From positions 1 through 34,781 of the forward strand of contig CAMMEP010000002.1 in assembly GCA_946495905.1 (NCBI GenBank): a stretch of DNA of 34,781 bases, given 5' to 3'. The first letter of the stretch is position 1, and each line of letters begins with the position of its first letter. This document shows, piece by piece, positions 7,321 to 16,416 of the stretch. The DNA is from an uncultured Clostridium sp. (lineage in GTDB: Bacteria > Bacillota > Clostridia > TANB77 > CAG-508). A program made the position numbers and the translations under genes. The notes beneath the pieces are model-generated. The model searched no databases, had not been told where the DNA came from, and saw nothing but the letters and a program-made list of their open reading frames with translations.

Positions 7321-7725
7321 ATGAGAGAACATGCATTTCGATTAAGAAAAGGGCAAGACTTAAAAATTGAATTAGAAAAATATATTAAGGTTCATAATAT
7401 AATGGCAGGCATTATTGTGTCTTGCGTAGGTTGCCTTTACGAAGCTTCTATTCGTAATGCGGGTGGTGAAAAAATTATCAAATTAGAGAAAAAACTAGAA
7501 ATTGTTTCTTGTACGGGTACTTTTTCTATGGATGGTTGTCATATTCATATAGCTGTATCAGATGAAAATTTAAATACATATGGTGGTCATCTAAAAGAAG
7601 GATGCTTAGTTAATACAACAGCTGAAATAGTATTATTAGAGCTAGAAAATTATATATTTAATAGAGAAATTGACAATGAAACAGGATACAAAGAATTAGT
7701 TATTAAGGAAAATAAAGTTAATTAG
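7321..7725 (+). CDS. PPC (DUF296) domain protein
   Basis: 134 aa with HAFRLRKGQDL...GIIVSCVGCL...GCHIHIAVSD, typical of PPC/DUF296. SD GAGGAGG upstream. Confidence 0.8.
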   Translation: MREHAFRLRKGQDLKIELEKYIKVHNIMAGIIVSCVGCLYEASIRNAGGEKIIKLEKKLEIVSCTGTFSMDGCHIHIAVSDENLNTYGGHLKEGCLVNTTAEIVLLELENYIFNREIDNETGYKELVIKENKVN

Positions 7726-7756
7726 TAGAATATTTAATTAAAAAGGATGTGATAGA

Positions 7757-8864
7757 TTGATCGATTTACAAGAATTAAGTTTAAAACTAGAAGAAATGAA
7801 TCATAAATTAACAAAAATAGGTGATTCACTTTGACATATCTAATTTAGAAAAGGAATTATCGGAATTAGAACTTCAAACGAATCAATCTGATTTTTGGAA
7901 TGATTCTAAAAATAGTTCTAAAGTTCTAAAAAAAATTACAGAACTTAAAAATAAAGTTAATCAGTTTAAAAAAGTAGAAAGTGAACTGAATAATTTATTA
8001 GAAATAAAGAATTTACTACTTCAAGAGGAAGATGAAGAATTAGCAAAAGAACTAGAAGAAGGAGCTGTTAACATAGAGCAATCTATTCAAAAATTAGAGA
8101 TAGCCACATTACTTTCTGGAAAGTATGATAGCAACAATGCCATTGTTACTCTTCATCCAGGTGCAGGCGGAACAGAAGCGCAAGACTGGGTAGAAATGCT
8201 TTACAGAATGTATACTAGGTGGGCAAATGCTAATGGCTATCAAGTAGAAGAATTGGATTATTTAGCGGGAGATGAAGCAGGAATAAAAAGTGTTACTTTC
8301 TTAGTTTCTGGAGATTATGCATATGGATATCTAAAAGGGGAACAGGGGGTACACAGATTAGTTAGAATTTCTCCTTTTGATGCAGGAGGAAGAAGACATA
8401 CTTCTTTTGCATCTGTTGAAGTTCTTCCAGAAATTACAGATGACATTGAAGTAGATATTAATCCAGATGATTTAAAAATAGATACGTACCGAGCATCTGG
8501 TGCAGGAGGACAACATGTAAACAAAACTTCTTCAGCCGTTAGAATCACACATATTCCAACAAATATTGTTGTGGCATGCCAAACCGAAAGATCTCAAATT
8601 CAAAATAGAGAAACAGCAATGAAAATGCTAAAATCTAAATTATTACATCTTAAGGAACAGGAGCATAAAGATACCATTGACGAGCTAAAAGGCATTCAAA
8701 TGGACATTGCGTGGGGAAGCCAAATACGTTCTTATGTATTCTGCCCCTATACATTAGTTAAGGACCATAGAACAAATTATGAAGTAGGAAATGTGCAGGC
8801 TGTTATGGATGGAGATTTAAATGGGTTTATGGATAGCTATTTAAGAAGTATAGTTACAACATAA
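7757..8864 (+). CDS. prfB: peptide chain release factor 2, with programmed +1 frameshift: join(7757..7831, 7833..8864)
   Basis: Frame 0 reads (TTG)[25 protein letters not shown] then TGA. The +1 frame continues [13 protein letters not shown]... SPF (RISPFDAGG) and GGQ ([11 protein letters not shown]) motifs are present. Confidence 0.95.
7819..7835 (+). promoter_or_regulatory. prfB autoregulatory recoding site: SD-like AGGTGA, 4-nt spacer, CTT TGA C
   Basis: AGGTGA at 7819-7824, CTT at 7829-7831, TGA at 7832-7834, C at 7835. Confidence 0.9.
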
Positions 8865-8988
8865 AATAAAATATGCTTTGCTCCGACAAAAAATTGTCAC
8901 TATAATTCTTACAATTAAATAAAATATAATAAGGCAAAATATAAATATATTTACGCTTTGTACATTTATAAGTAGAGGACTGCTTTAT

Positions 8989-10167
8989 ATGGAAACAATA
9001 GTCTTAAAATTTGGAGGAAGTTCACTTGCAGACAATATAAAATTAAATATTGTTGCAAATAAAATTATTGATTTTTACAACAAGAAAAATAAAGTAATTG
9101 TTGTAGTATCAGCACAAGGAAAAACAACAGATAATCTTATTAAAGAAGCAAAGGAATTATCGTATGAGCCAGACAAACGAGAAATGGATGTACTTCTTAG
9201 TACAGGAGAGCAAGTTTCGATTTCTAAACTTGCCATACTCTTAAAAAGACTTGGATACAAGGCTATTTCTTTAACAGGCTGGCAAGCTGGAATATATACA
9301 TCAGATGTTAATGGAGAAGCAAAGATAGAATATATTAATACCGAAAGAATTCAAAAAGAATTAGAAGATGATAACATTGTTATTATAGCTGGTTTTCAAG
9401 GAATTAGTGATAAGAAAGATATTACTACTTTTGGAAGAGGTGGTTCAGATACAACAGCGGTAGCAGTTGCAGCAGCAATAAAAGCAGACCATTGCTATAT
9501 TTTCTCAGATGTAGATGGAGTTTATTCTGCTGACCCTAATAAGGTTACGGATACCAAGAAAATTCAAGAATTATCTTATACAGAAATGCTTGACCTTTCC
9601 AATGAAGGAGCAAAAGTTCTTCATAATCGTTGTGTTGAAATAGCTCAAAAATATGATGTATTAATAGAAACAGGCTCTACCTTTAATAATAATGCAGGAA
9701 CGATAATAAATAATAAATTAGAGGAAAGTACAGTAAAAAGTATTGTGAAAAATGATAACCTATTTTTAATTACATTGAAATATGAAAATTATAATGCAGA
9801 TATGTTAAATAAATTGTATTTTTCATTACTTGAAAATGAAATTGTTCCTACCAATATTATTAATAATAGTACAAATAGTTTTAATATAAGTTTTACAATT
9901 AAAACCTCGGATTTAGGAAAATTCCAAGAGTTATTGGAAACGGAATTAGCAATGTTTAGTTCTTCTTTTACGAATATTTCAAGAGTATCTCTTGTGGGAT
10001 ACGGCATTATGGGTAATAAAGAAATAATAAAAAAGACATTGGAAATTTTAAACCTAAATTCAATTGATATTTTTTCAGTTACGTTAGAAGAATGCAAATT
10101 ATCTTTTATGACAAAAGAAAAGGTAAGCAATAAGTTACTAGAACAATTACACCATGAACTTATCTAA
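8989..10167 (+). CDS. aspartate kinase (monofunctional, C-terminal ACT domains)
   Basis: VLKFGGSSL, GFQG, FGRGGSDTTAVAVAAA and FSDVDGVYSADP motifs. Confidence 0.9.
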   Translation: METIVLKFGGSSLADNIKLNIVANKIIDFYNKKNKVIVVVSAQGKTTDNLIKEAKELSYEPDKREMDVLLSTGEQVSISKLAILLKRLGYKAISLTGWQAGIYTSDVNGEAKIEYINTERIQKELEDDNIVIIAGFQGISDKKDITTFGRGGSDTTAVAVAAAIKADHCYIFSDVDGVYSADPNKVTDTKKIQELSYTEMLDLSNEGAKVLHNRCVEIAQKYDVLIETGSTFNNNAGTIINNKLEESTVKSIVKNDNLFLITLKYENYNADMLNKLYFSLLENEIVPTNIINNSTNSFNISFTIKTSDLGKFQELLETELAMFSSSFTNISRVSLVGYGIMGNKEIIKKTLEILNLNSIDIFSVTLEECKLSFMTKEKVSNKLLEQLHHELI

Positions 10168-10234
10168 GCATATTATAAAATTTAGTAATAACAATAGATA
10201 AAAAACATAGTTACTATTCACGGTGTTTTTGGGC

Positions 10235-10373
10235 CGAAGCAATGTATATTTTAATTTTTATGTTTTCGGCCCCCAACTGCGTACAAACTGTAAAAGCTTC
10301 GCTTAACAGTTTGTGAACTTGTCGGTCCCCACCTTAAGCACTTCAACATAAAATTAAAATATACATTGCTTCG
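10235..10373. repeat. long palindromic intergenic element, family copy 1 (29/30-bp AT-rich arms, conserved C-rich core, inner hairpin)
   Basis: Arms are 10235-10264 and 10345-10373. Core blocks 10267-10292 and 10303-10342 are near-identical to the copy at 22943..23091. Confidence 0.7.
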
Positions 10374-10434
10374 ACATTTTAAAACAAGTTATGAATAATA
10401 ACAAAAAATTAAAAAGAAAGGAAAAATAAGAAAA

Positions 10435-11424
10435 ATGGCATTTTATTCATACATTTTTTCAGCAAATTATTCAAGATTTTTTGATAATCTAAAAAAAGTC
10501 GCAAAAAAGGAAAATAAAAGTTTTATTAAATTGGTATTCGATACTGGATACTGCGTATTTCGCTACGGATTCTGTCTTAGTGATTATTTAAATTACAGAT
10601 TATATAATAAAAAGAAAGCAGAACGTAAACAATATGTAAGTACTAAAACTGAAAATAAATTTTATGAGACTGTATCTCCAAGTGCATATAAGAAGAGATA
10701 TACAGTAAAACCTAATTTTTTAGCAGATTTTAAAAAATATACTAAAAGAGATTTTATTGTGCCAAAAGAAGGAAATTTTCAGGATTTTTTAACTTTTTTG
10801 GACAAGCACGAAGTATTTATGTCTAAACCTTATGATGGCCTTGGCGGAGCAGATGTGAAAAAAGAATATGCAAAAGATATTGAAAATAAAGAAGAATATT
10901 TTAACAAAGCTATTGAAAATAGAATATTCTTGGAAGAACTAGTGGTTCAACATCCAGAAATGAATAAGTTATGCGACAAAAGTGTAAACACTATGAGAAT
11001 TATGACATTTAACGACCATGGCAAATCACGTATTTTATGGATGGGACTTCGTGTAGGTAATGGTATTAATGCAATTGATAATTTTCATGCAAAAGGAATG
11101 GCAGTTAATATAGACATGGAAACAGGAAAATTAATAGGCAATGCTATTGATAAAGACTTAAATGAATATACAGAACACCCTGTAACCCATGTGAAATTTG
11201 ATGAATTTCAAATTCCTTGCTTTGAAGAAGCAAAGAAAATGGTATTAGAAGCTAGTTTGGAAAGTGATAAAATACTAGTAGTAGGATGGGATGTGGCAAT
11301 ATCAAAAGATGGACCTGTTATTATAGAAGGAAATCGTCGACCTGGATTTGATATTGTACAAGTCTTATCTGGTGGAAGAATGGATATTATTAATGATGTT
11401 TTAAGTTGTGTAAATAAAAAGTAA
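10435..11424 (+). CDS. ATP-grasp enzyme, sugar-transfer-associated type (ATPgrasp_ST-like)
   Basis: KPYDGLGGADV, TMRIMTF, NFHAKGMAVNID and VGWDVAISKDGPVIIEGNRRPG resemble the alpha-L-glutamate-ligase-related ATP-grasp family. Confidence 0.7.
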   Translation: MAFYSYIFSANYSRFFDNLKKVAKKENKSFIKLVFDTGYCVFRYGFCLSDYLNYRLYNKKKAERKQYVSTKTENKFYETVSPSAYKKRYTVKPNFLADFKKYTKRDFIVPKEGNFQDFLTFLDKHEVFMSKPYDGLGGADVKKEYAKDIENKEEYFNKAIENRIFLEELVVQHPEMNKLCDKSVNTMRIMTFNDHGKSRILWMGLRVGNGINAIDNFHAKGMAVNIDMETGKLIGNAIDKDLNEYTEHPVTHVKFDEFQIPCFEEAKKMVLEASLESDKILVVGWDVAISKDGPVIIEGNRRPGFDIVQVLSGGRMDIINDVLSCVNKK

Positions 11425-11476
11425 AATTGGATAGTAAAAAATTTTCTAGCATAGCCGGAAGATTACTATCGTAAAA

Positions 11477-11510
11477 TTACCCTTTAAGAATTTTCTTAAG
11501 GGTAATTTTT
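11477..11510 (+). terminator. intrinsic terminator
   Basis: TTACCCTTTAAG / CTTAAGGGTAA stem followed by TTTTT. Confidence 0.6.
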
Positions 11511-11668
11511 ATGTAAAGAACGAAATAAATTTTAATTTTAAATTTAAATATTGCCTTTATTTGTTAAAACAGTTAGATTGCTTATTTTTTCTTAGTCAGA
11601 AAGTTCTAAATAAGACAAGTAGTGAATATAATATTTTATAGAGTTTATGAGGTATGGAGGAATTTATT

Positions 11669-11983
11669 ATGACGATTGATGAAAGAAAAACAAATAATAA
11701 CATGGCATCTGGTAATAGCGTTATACAAAATTTAATATTAGAAAATAGAGAAAAACTAAGCATTTCTGGCGTTTTAGATGTGCTCAGTTTTGATGATCAA
11801 ATTGTAATTTTGGAAACAGAACTGGGATTATTAACTGTAAAAGGTGAAAATCTACGAATTAATAAACTCAGTTTAGATACGGCAGAGGTAATTGTTGATG
11901 GAGAAATATATAATCTTGGTTATAGTGAAAAAGATTTAGAAAAGAAGAGTGGAGGAGGTATATTTAACAAGATTTTCAGATGA
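11669..11983 (+). CDS. yabP: sporulation protein YabP
   Basis: LILENREKLSISGVLDVLSFDDQIVILETELGLLTVKGENLRINKLSL is a YabP signature. GGAGG lies 8 nt before ATG 11669. Confidence 0.85.
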   Translation: MTIDERKTNNNMASGNSVIQNLILENREKLSISGVLDVLSFDDQIVILETELGLLTVKGENLRINKLSLDTAEVIVDGEIYNLGYSEKDLEKKSGGGIFNKIFR

Positions 11984-11999
11984 TGAGGAGGTTTGAAGT

Positions 12000-12461
12000 T
12001 TGAGTTTAAATCAATTATCTACTTTACTATATTTTATATTAACAGGTGCTATTATTGGAATTTTATTCGATATATTTAGAATTTTAAGAAAAAGCTTTAA
12101 AACTTCAGATATAATAACCTATATACATGATTTCTTGTTTTGGATTTTAACTGGTGCAATATTATTATTTAGTATTTTCACTTTTAATAATGGAGAACTA
12201 AGAGGATATATATTTATTGGAATTATTTTTGGAATTACTATTTATCTTTTATTATTTAGCAAATATTTTATAAAAATATTAGTTGCAATAATAGGTTTTA
12301 TTAAGAAAATAGTTAGTTATCCTTTAAAAATAATATATCAATTTATTAAAAAATATATATTAAAACCAATACACTCTATTTTTGACAAAATAAAAGAAAA
12401 TATTTCTAAATTAAATCTAAAAATTAAGAAAAATGACAAAATATCTAATAAAATTCAATAA
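12000..12461 (+). CDS. yabQ: spore cortex biosynthesis protein YabQ
   Basis: Multi-TM 153-aa protein directly after yabP. TTG start with SD GAGGAGG. Confidence 0.75.
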   Translation: MSLNQLSTLLYFILTGAIIGILFDIFRILRKSFKTSDIITYIHDFLFWILTGAILLFSIFTFNNGELRGYIFIGIIFGITIYLLLFSKYFIKILVAIIGFIKKIVSYPLKIIYQFIKKYILKPIHSIFDKIKENISKLNLKIKKNDKISNKIQ

Positions 12462-12527
12462 ATAAGAAGGATTTTTTTGAAAAATGTAGAAAAATATAAA
12501 TAGATTAATTCTGGAGTGAAAATACAT

Positions 12528-12809
12528 ATGAAAAATAGAAAAATACAGAATCTATTAAAAAAGATTTTGATAATTGCTTTTATTTTGTATTTTGCCTATA
12601 CATTAATAAAACAGCAACAAACATTAAATACTTATGCGAATCAAAAAGCAAAATACAATGAAGATATAGAAGTAGCTCAAGAGGAACAAGCTGAGTTACA
12701 AGAAATGAAAGAAAATATAAATTCAGATGAGTATATTGAACAAATCGCAAGAGATAAATTAGGAATGTACTATCCTAATGAAAGAGTTTATATTGATGTC
12801 GAAAAATAA
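12528..12809 (+). CDS. divIC: septum formation initiator, FtsB/DivIC family
   Basis: N-terminal TM followed by a coiled coil (QQQTLNTYANQKAKYNEDIEVAQEEQAELQ) and ARDKLGM. Conserved yabP-yabQ-divIC order. Confidence 0.75.
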   Translation: MKNRKIQNLLKKILIIAFILYFAYTLIKQQQTLNTYANQKAKYNEDIEVAQEEQAELQEMKENINSDEYIEQIARDKLGMYYPNERVYIDVEK

Positions 12810-12818
12810 TAATTTTAA

Positions 12819-12852
12819 GAGGCATGAAATATTGCCTCACAATTTGTTTTTT
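12819..12852 (+). terminator. intrinsic terminator
   Basis: GAGGCA / TGCCTC stem with a downstream T-run. Confidence 0.45.
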
Positions 12853-12860
12853 CTTTTTAT

Positions 12861-12890
12861 TTGATTTCTTAATTATTTCAATGATATAAT
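12861..12890 (+). promoter_or_regulatory. sigmaA-type promoter for rho (TTGATT-18-TGaTATAAT)
   Basis: TTGATT at 12861-12866, TG at 12882-12883, TATAAT at 12885-12890. Confidence 0.45.
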
Positions 12891-12933
12891 AAAATATAAA
12901 AAAATAAATATTATAATATATAGGGGGCTAGAA

Positions 12934-14292
12934 ATGGATTTAAATGATTATACTTTAGTAGAATTACGTCAAATTGCTAAAGAAAGAGGGCATAAAAACG
13001 TATCAAAATTAAAAAAAGAGGAATTATTAGATTTACTAAATGACAATTTAAAACAGAACGAAGAAAAAATGAAAGAAACACATAGTAAGAAAACTGAGAA
13101 TTTACAAGAAAATGAAAAAATTGACGAAGAAAGAAGTGAAGAATTCAGCTCTTTAGGATATAAATTGACGAATAATGACGATAAGATTGCAGAGGGAGTT
13201 CTGGAAGTTTTACCGGATGGATATGGATTTTTAAGAGGAGATAATTATTTATCTACCTCAGAAGATGTTTATGTTTCGCCTGTTCAAATAAGAAGATTTC
13301 GATTAGATAAGGGCGATAAAGTAAAAGGAATCGCTAGAATGCCAAAAGAAGGAGAAAAATTTCCTGCTCTAATCTATGTTGGCGAAGTAAATGGAGAAGC
13401 TCCTGAAAAGGCATTTAGAAGAAAGAAATTTGATGATTTAATACCTATTCATCCTAATGAGAGAATTCATCTTGAAACATCTCCTAACGAATATGCAATG
13501 AGAATTATTGATTTAATGTCTCCAATTGGAAAAGGACAAAGAGGAATGATAGTTGCTCCTCCAAAAGTAGGAAAAACTACTTTGCTAAAGAAAATTGCAA
13601 ATTCTATTTCTATTAATAATCCTGAAATCGAGCTAATTGTTTTATTAATAGATGAACGACCTGAAGAAGTAACAGATATGCGCCGTTCTATTAAGGGTGA
13701 TGTTATTTATTCTACTTTTGACGAATTACCAGAACATCATGTAAAAGTAGCAGAAATGGTTCTAGAAAGAGCTAAAAGATTAACAGAACAAAATAAAGAC
13801 GTTGTTATTTTATTAGATAGTATTACTAGACTTGCCAGAGCCTATAATCTTGTTATTCCTTCCTCTGGAAGAACTTTATCAGGAGGTTTGGATCCAAGTG
13901 CACTACATAAACCTAAAAAATTCTTTGGTGCAGCAAGAAATATAGAAAATGGGGGAAGCCTTACCATATTAGCTACTGCACTAATTGAAACGGGAAGTAG
14001 AATGGATGATGTTATTTTTGAAGAATTTAAAGGTACTGGAAATATGGAAGTTCATCTAGATAGAGGATTATCCGAAAAGAGAATATTCCCAGCAATTGAT
14101 ATTAATAAATCTGGTACAAGACGTGAAGAATTACTATTAACACCAAAAGAGCTTGAAGTAGTATTTGCCTTAAGAAAAGCAATGTCAACGAAATCAGTAG
14201 CAGACGTTACAGAAGAATTAATAGAAGAAATGATGGCTACCAAGAACAATGAAGAATTTTTAGATAAGATATCAAATTTTTTGAAATTATAA
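12934..14292 (+). CDS. rho: transcription termination factor Rho
   Basis: Rho_N ([12 protein letters not shown]), RNA-binding OB region (GYGFLR), Walker [12 protein letters not shown]. Confidence 0.95.
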   Translation: MDLNDYTLVELRQIAKERGHKNVSKLKKEELLDLLNDNLKQNEEKMKETHSKKTENLQENEKIDEERSEEFSSLGYKLTNNDDKIAEGVLEVLPDGYGFLRGDNYLSTSEDVYVSPVQIRRFRLDKGDKVKGIARMPKEGEKFPALIYVGEVNGEAPEKAFRRKKFDDLIPIHPNERIHLETSPNEYAMRIIDLMSPIGKGQRGMIVAPPKVGKTTLLKKIANSISINNPEIELIVLLIDERPEEVTDMRRSIKGDVIYSTFDELPEHHVKVAEMVLERAKRLTEQNKDVVILLDSITRLARAYNLVIPSSGRTLSGGLDPSALHKPKKFFGAARNIENGGSLTILATALIETGSRMDDVIFEEFKGTGNMEVHLDRGLSEKRIFPAIDINKSGTRREELLLTPKELEVVFALRKAMSTKSVADVTEELIEEMMATKNNEEFLDKISNFLKL

Positions 14293-14306
14293 TAAAGAAT
14301 ATAAAA

Positions 14307-14356
14307 ATATACCTTTAGTATTAAGTTGTAATATAATATAAAAGGTATATTTTTTA
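14307..14356 (+). terminator. intrinsic terminator after rho (long loop)
   Basis: ATATACCTTT (14307-14316) pairs with AAAGGTATAT (14341-14350), followed by TTTTT. Confidence 0.5.
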
Positions 14357-14628
14357 CAAAATAAATAGAGTGTAATGTCATACGCAACAAAATTAATATA
14401 TTTTTATTATATAATATTATAAATTGAAGAAGAGAAGAGGTGGTGTAAGCATCTTTTTTTAAGATGCTTTATTGCACAAAATCAAAGTTTTGCGCAATAA
14501 GACACAGGAGAAAAATATATAACCACATACATGGCTATTTCTTGTAATCCCTGCTTATTTTTTCTTTAAATTTTCGGAAAACCTTATATTTCAGTATTTT
14601 GCCCATTTTTACAGACAACGAACTATAT

Positions 14629-14719
14629 GGCTAAATTTTAAAAACGCCTTAAAATCGATTCTCGTGCGTCGATTTTTTAGCAATTTTTAGGCGTTTTTTA
14701 AAAGTATTAATCTTTAGCC
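14629..14719. repeat. nested ~90-bp palindrome inside the ORF-free spacer
   Basis: Three nested pairings: GGCTAAA/TTTAGCC, AACGCCTTAAAA/TTTTTAGGCGTT and ATCGA/TCGAT. Confidence 0.5.
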
Positions 14720-15239
14720 ATTTTTAAGTATTTTTACATATTATACATATATCAGTTGTAATATTTTATATAATCTGGACATATATAACTTGTTAAGTTT
14801 ATAATTAAAATGTCTTAAAAACGATTTTAAAGCTTTATAAATTATAATTATATTAGTAAATCCAATTAACTTTTTATAAATGATTTTTTTATTATTAAAT
14901 TTATTTTACTATATTTAATTTTAGTATTTTTATTATTTATTAATATAAATTAATTTTAAAACTGATTAATTTGATTTTATATTATTTATTCCTTTAGAAT
15001 ATTCTGACTAAAGATTTTTTACAATTTTGTCTATTTTTAGTTACTATATATCATTAGTGTGAATTTTATTTATAATTATTTTATTGTTTTAGAAAATTGG
15101 TGAGTCCTCTCTTCCCTTCTTCTTGCATAACATAAAAATATAATTCTTTCAAATTATATTTTTTTTAATTTAATTTACCTAACTATTGCTTTTATTTTTT
15201 TCTTGATATATTATATATATGATAATTTTGTGCAACTAA

Positions 15240-15326
15240 GCCTGTCCCCTTTTGTCAATTTTTCCTAATTGGGGACAGGCACCAATTAGGAAAATCGGGA
15301 CAAAAAAGCCTGTCCCCAATTAGAGG
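15240..15326 (+). promoter_or_regulatory. structured leader with three copies of a 10-mer (GCCTGTCCCC, GGGGACAGGC, GCCTGTCCCC) able to form mutually exclusive hairpins; one reaches the SD of the Xer-like gene
   Basis: 15240-15249 pairs with 15271-15280. Alternatively, 15264-15280 pairs with 15308-15326 (GCCTGTCCCCAATTAGAGG), which overlaps SD GAGGTG at 15323-15328. Confidence 0.4.
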
Positions 15327-15336
15327 TGAAAATTAT

Positions 15337-16330
15337 ATGATAAATCCAGATCAAAATCCTGAATTTGTTAACTCGTTTTTAGATTATTCTATTACTATTC
15401 TAAATAAGTCTCCAAATTCAGTGAAAGAATATAATTATGATTTAAATATGTTTTTAAAATATATGAAAATTCATTTTAAATTAACGGATGAAAAGGACTT
15501 GAAAAAAATTTCAATTAAAGATTTTAGTTTAGATACATTAAAACGAATTACTTTAGATGATATTCATGCCTTTCTTTCCTACCTTGCCCTTAATCAGCGG
15601 GAGTAAGCCTGCTACAAGAGCGAGAAAGATTTCGACAATACGTATTTTTTTCTCTTATTTATCACAAAAGGCAAATTTAATAGAAAGTAATCCTGCTCAA
15701 AACTTAGAGACGCCAAAATTAGATAAGCGTTTACCTAAATATTTATCACTAGATGATAGTAAAAAATTATTGAATGTAACAGAGAAAGACGAAAATGATG
15801 AAAATAAAGAGCGTGATTTTGCTATTATCACTCTATTTCTTAATTGTGGCTTACGTTTATCTGAACTAGTCGGAATTAATTTGCAAGATATTGATTTTAA
15901 TGAATATAAAATGAATGTTATTGGTAAAGGAAATAAAGAACGAACTATATACCTAAATAAAGCTTGTATCGATGCAATAAAGGAATATATTAAAGTTCGC
16001 CCCACGGAAGGTCTTAAAAACGATTCTAAAGCTTCTAATAAAGCTTTATTTTTAAGTAAGCGTCGTGAACGTATTAGCAATAGAACTGTTCAATATATTG
16101 TAGAAAAAGAATTAAGAAAAGCAGGTCTTGATACTTCTAAATATTCTACTCATAAATTAAGACATACGGCTGCTACTCTAATGTATCAATATGGTCAAGT
16201 AGATATTCGTGCTTTACAAGAATTATTAGGACATAAAAGTATATCTACCACTGAAATTTATACACATGTAAGTAATGAACAAGTAAGGAATGCTGTAGAA
16301 AGTAATCCACTATCAGATTTTAATTCATAA
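15337..16330 (+). pseudogene. XerC/XerD-like tyrosine recombinase split by one extra base (in-frame CGG 15598-15600); pseudogene or +1 recoded
   Basis: Frame 1 reads ...IHAFLSYLALNQ CGG GAG TAA. The +1 frame gives G-SKPATRARKISTIRIFFSYL... The catalytic half has LRHTAATLM and LGHKSISTTEIYTHV. Confidence 0.85.
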
Positions 16331-16416
16331 AATAAGAATATTAAATTAACATTCTAATTGTTCATAATTAATTATTAAATATAATAGCAATACATTATTA
16401 TAAAAAGGAGAAACTT

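Noticed and set aside
8865-8988. Lysine (L-box) riboswitch upstream of aspartate kinase
   Set aside because: The gap is only about 124 nt and AT-rich, and lacks the conserved L-box helices. No terminator or antiterminator is seen.
10241-10315. Short ORFs inside the palindromic elements (e.g. MYILIFMFSAPNCVQTVKASLNSL)
   Set aside because: The reading frame is not conserved between the two copies (indel), and there is no SD.
15100-15160. dif-like Xer site (GCATAACATAA AAATAT AATTCTTTCAA) near the Xer-like gene
   Set aside because: It only partly matches the Firmicute dif consensus (ACATAA and TTCT cores), with wrong spacing. This is indistinguishable from chance in such AT-rich DNA.
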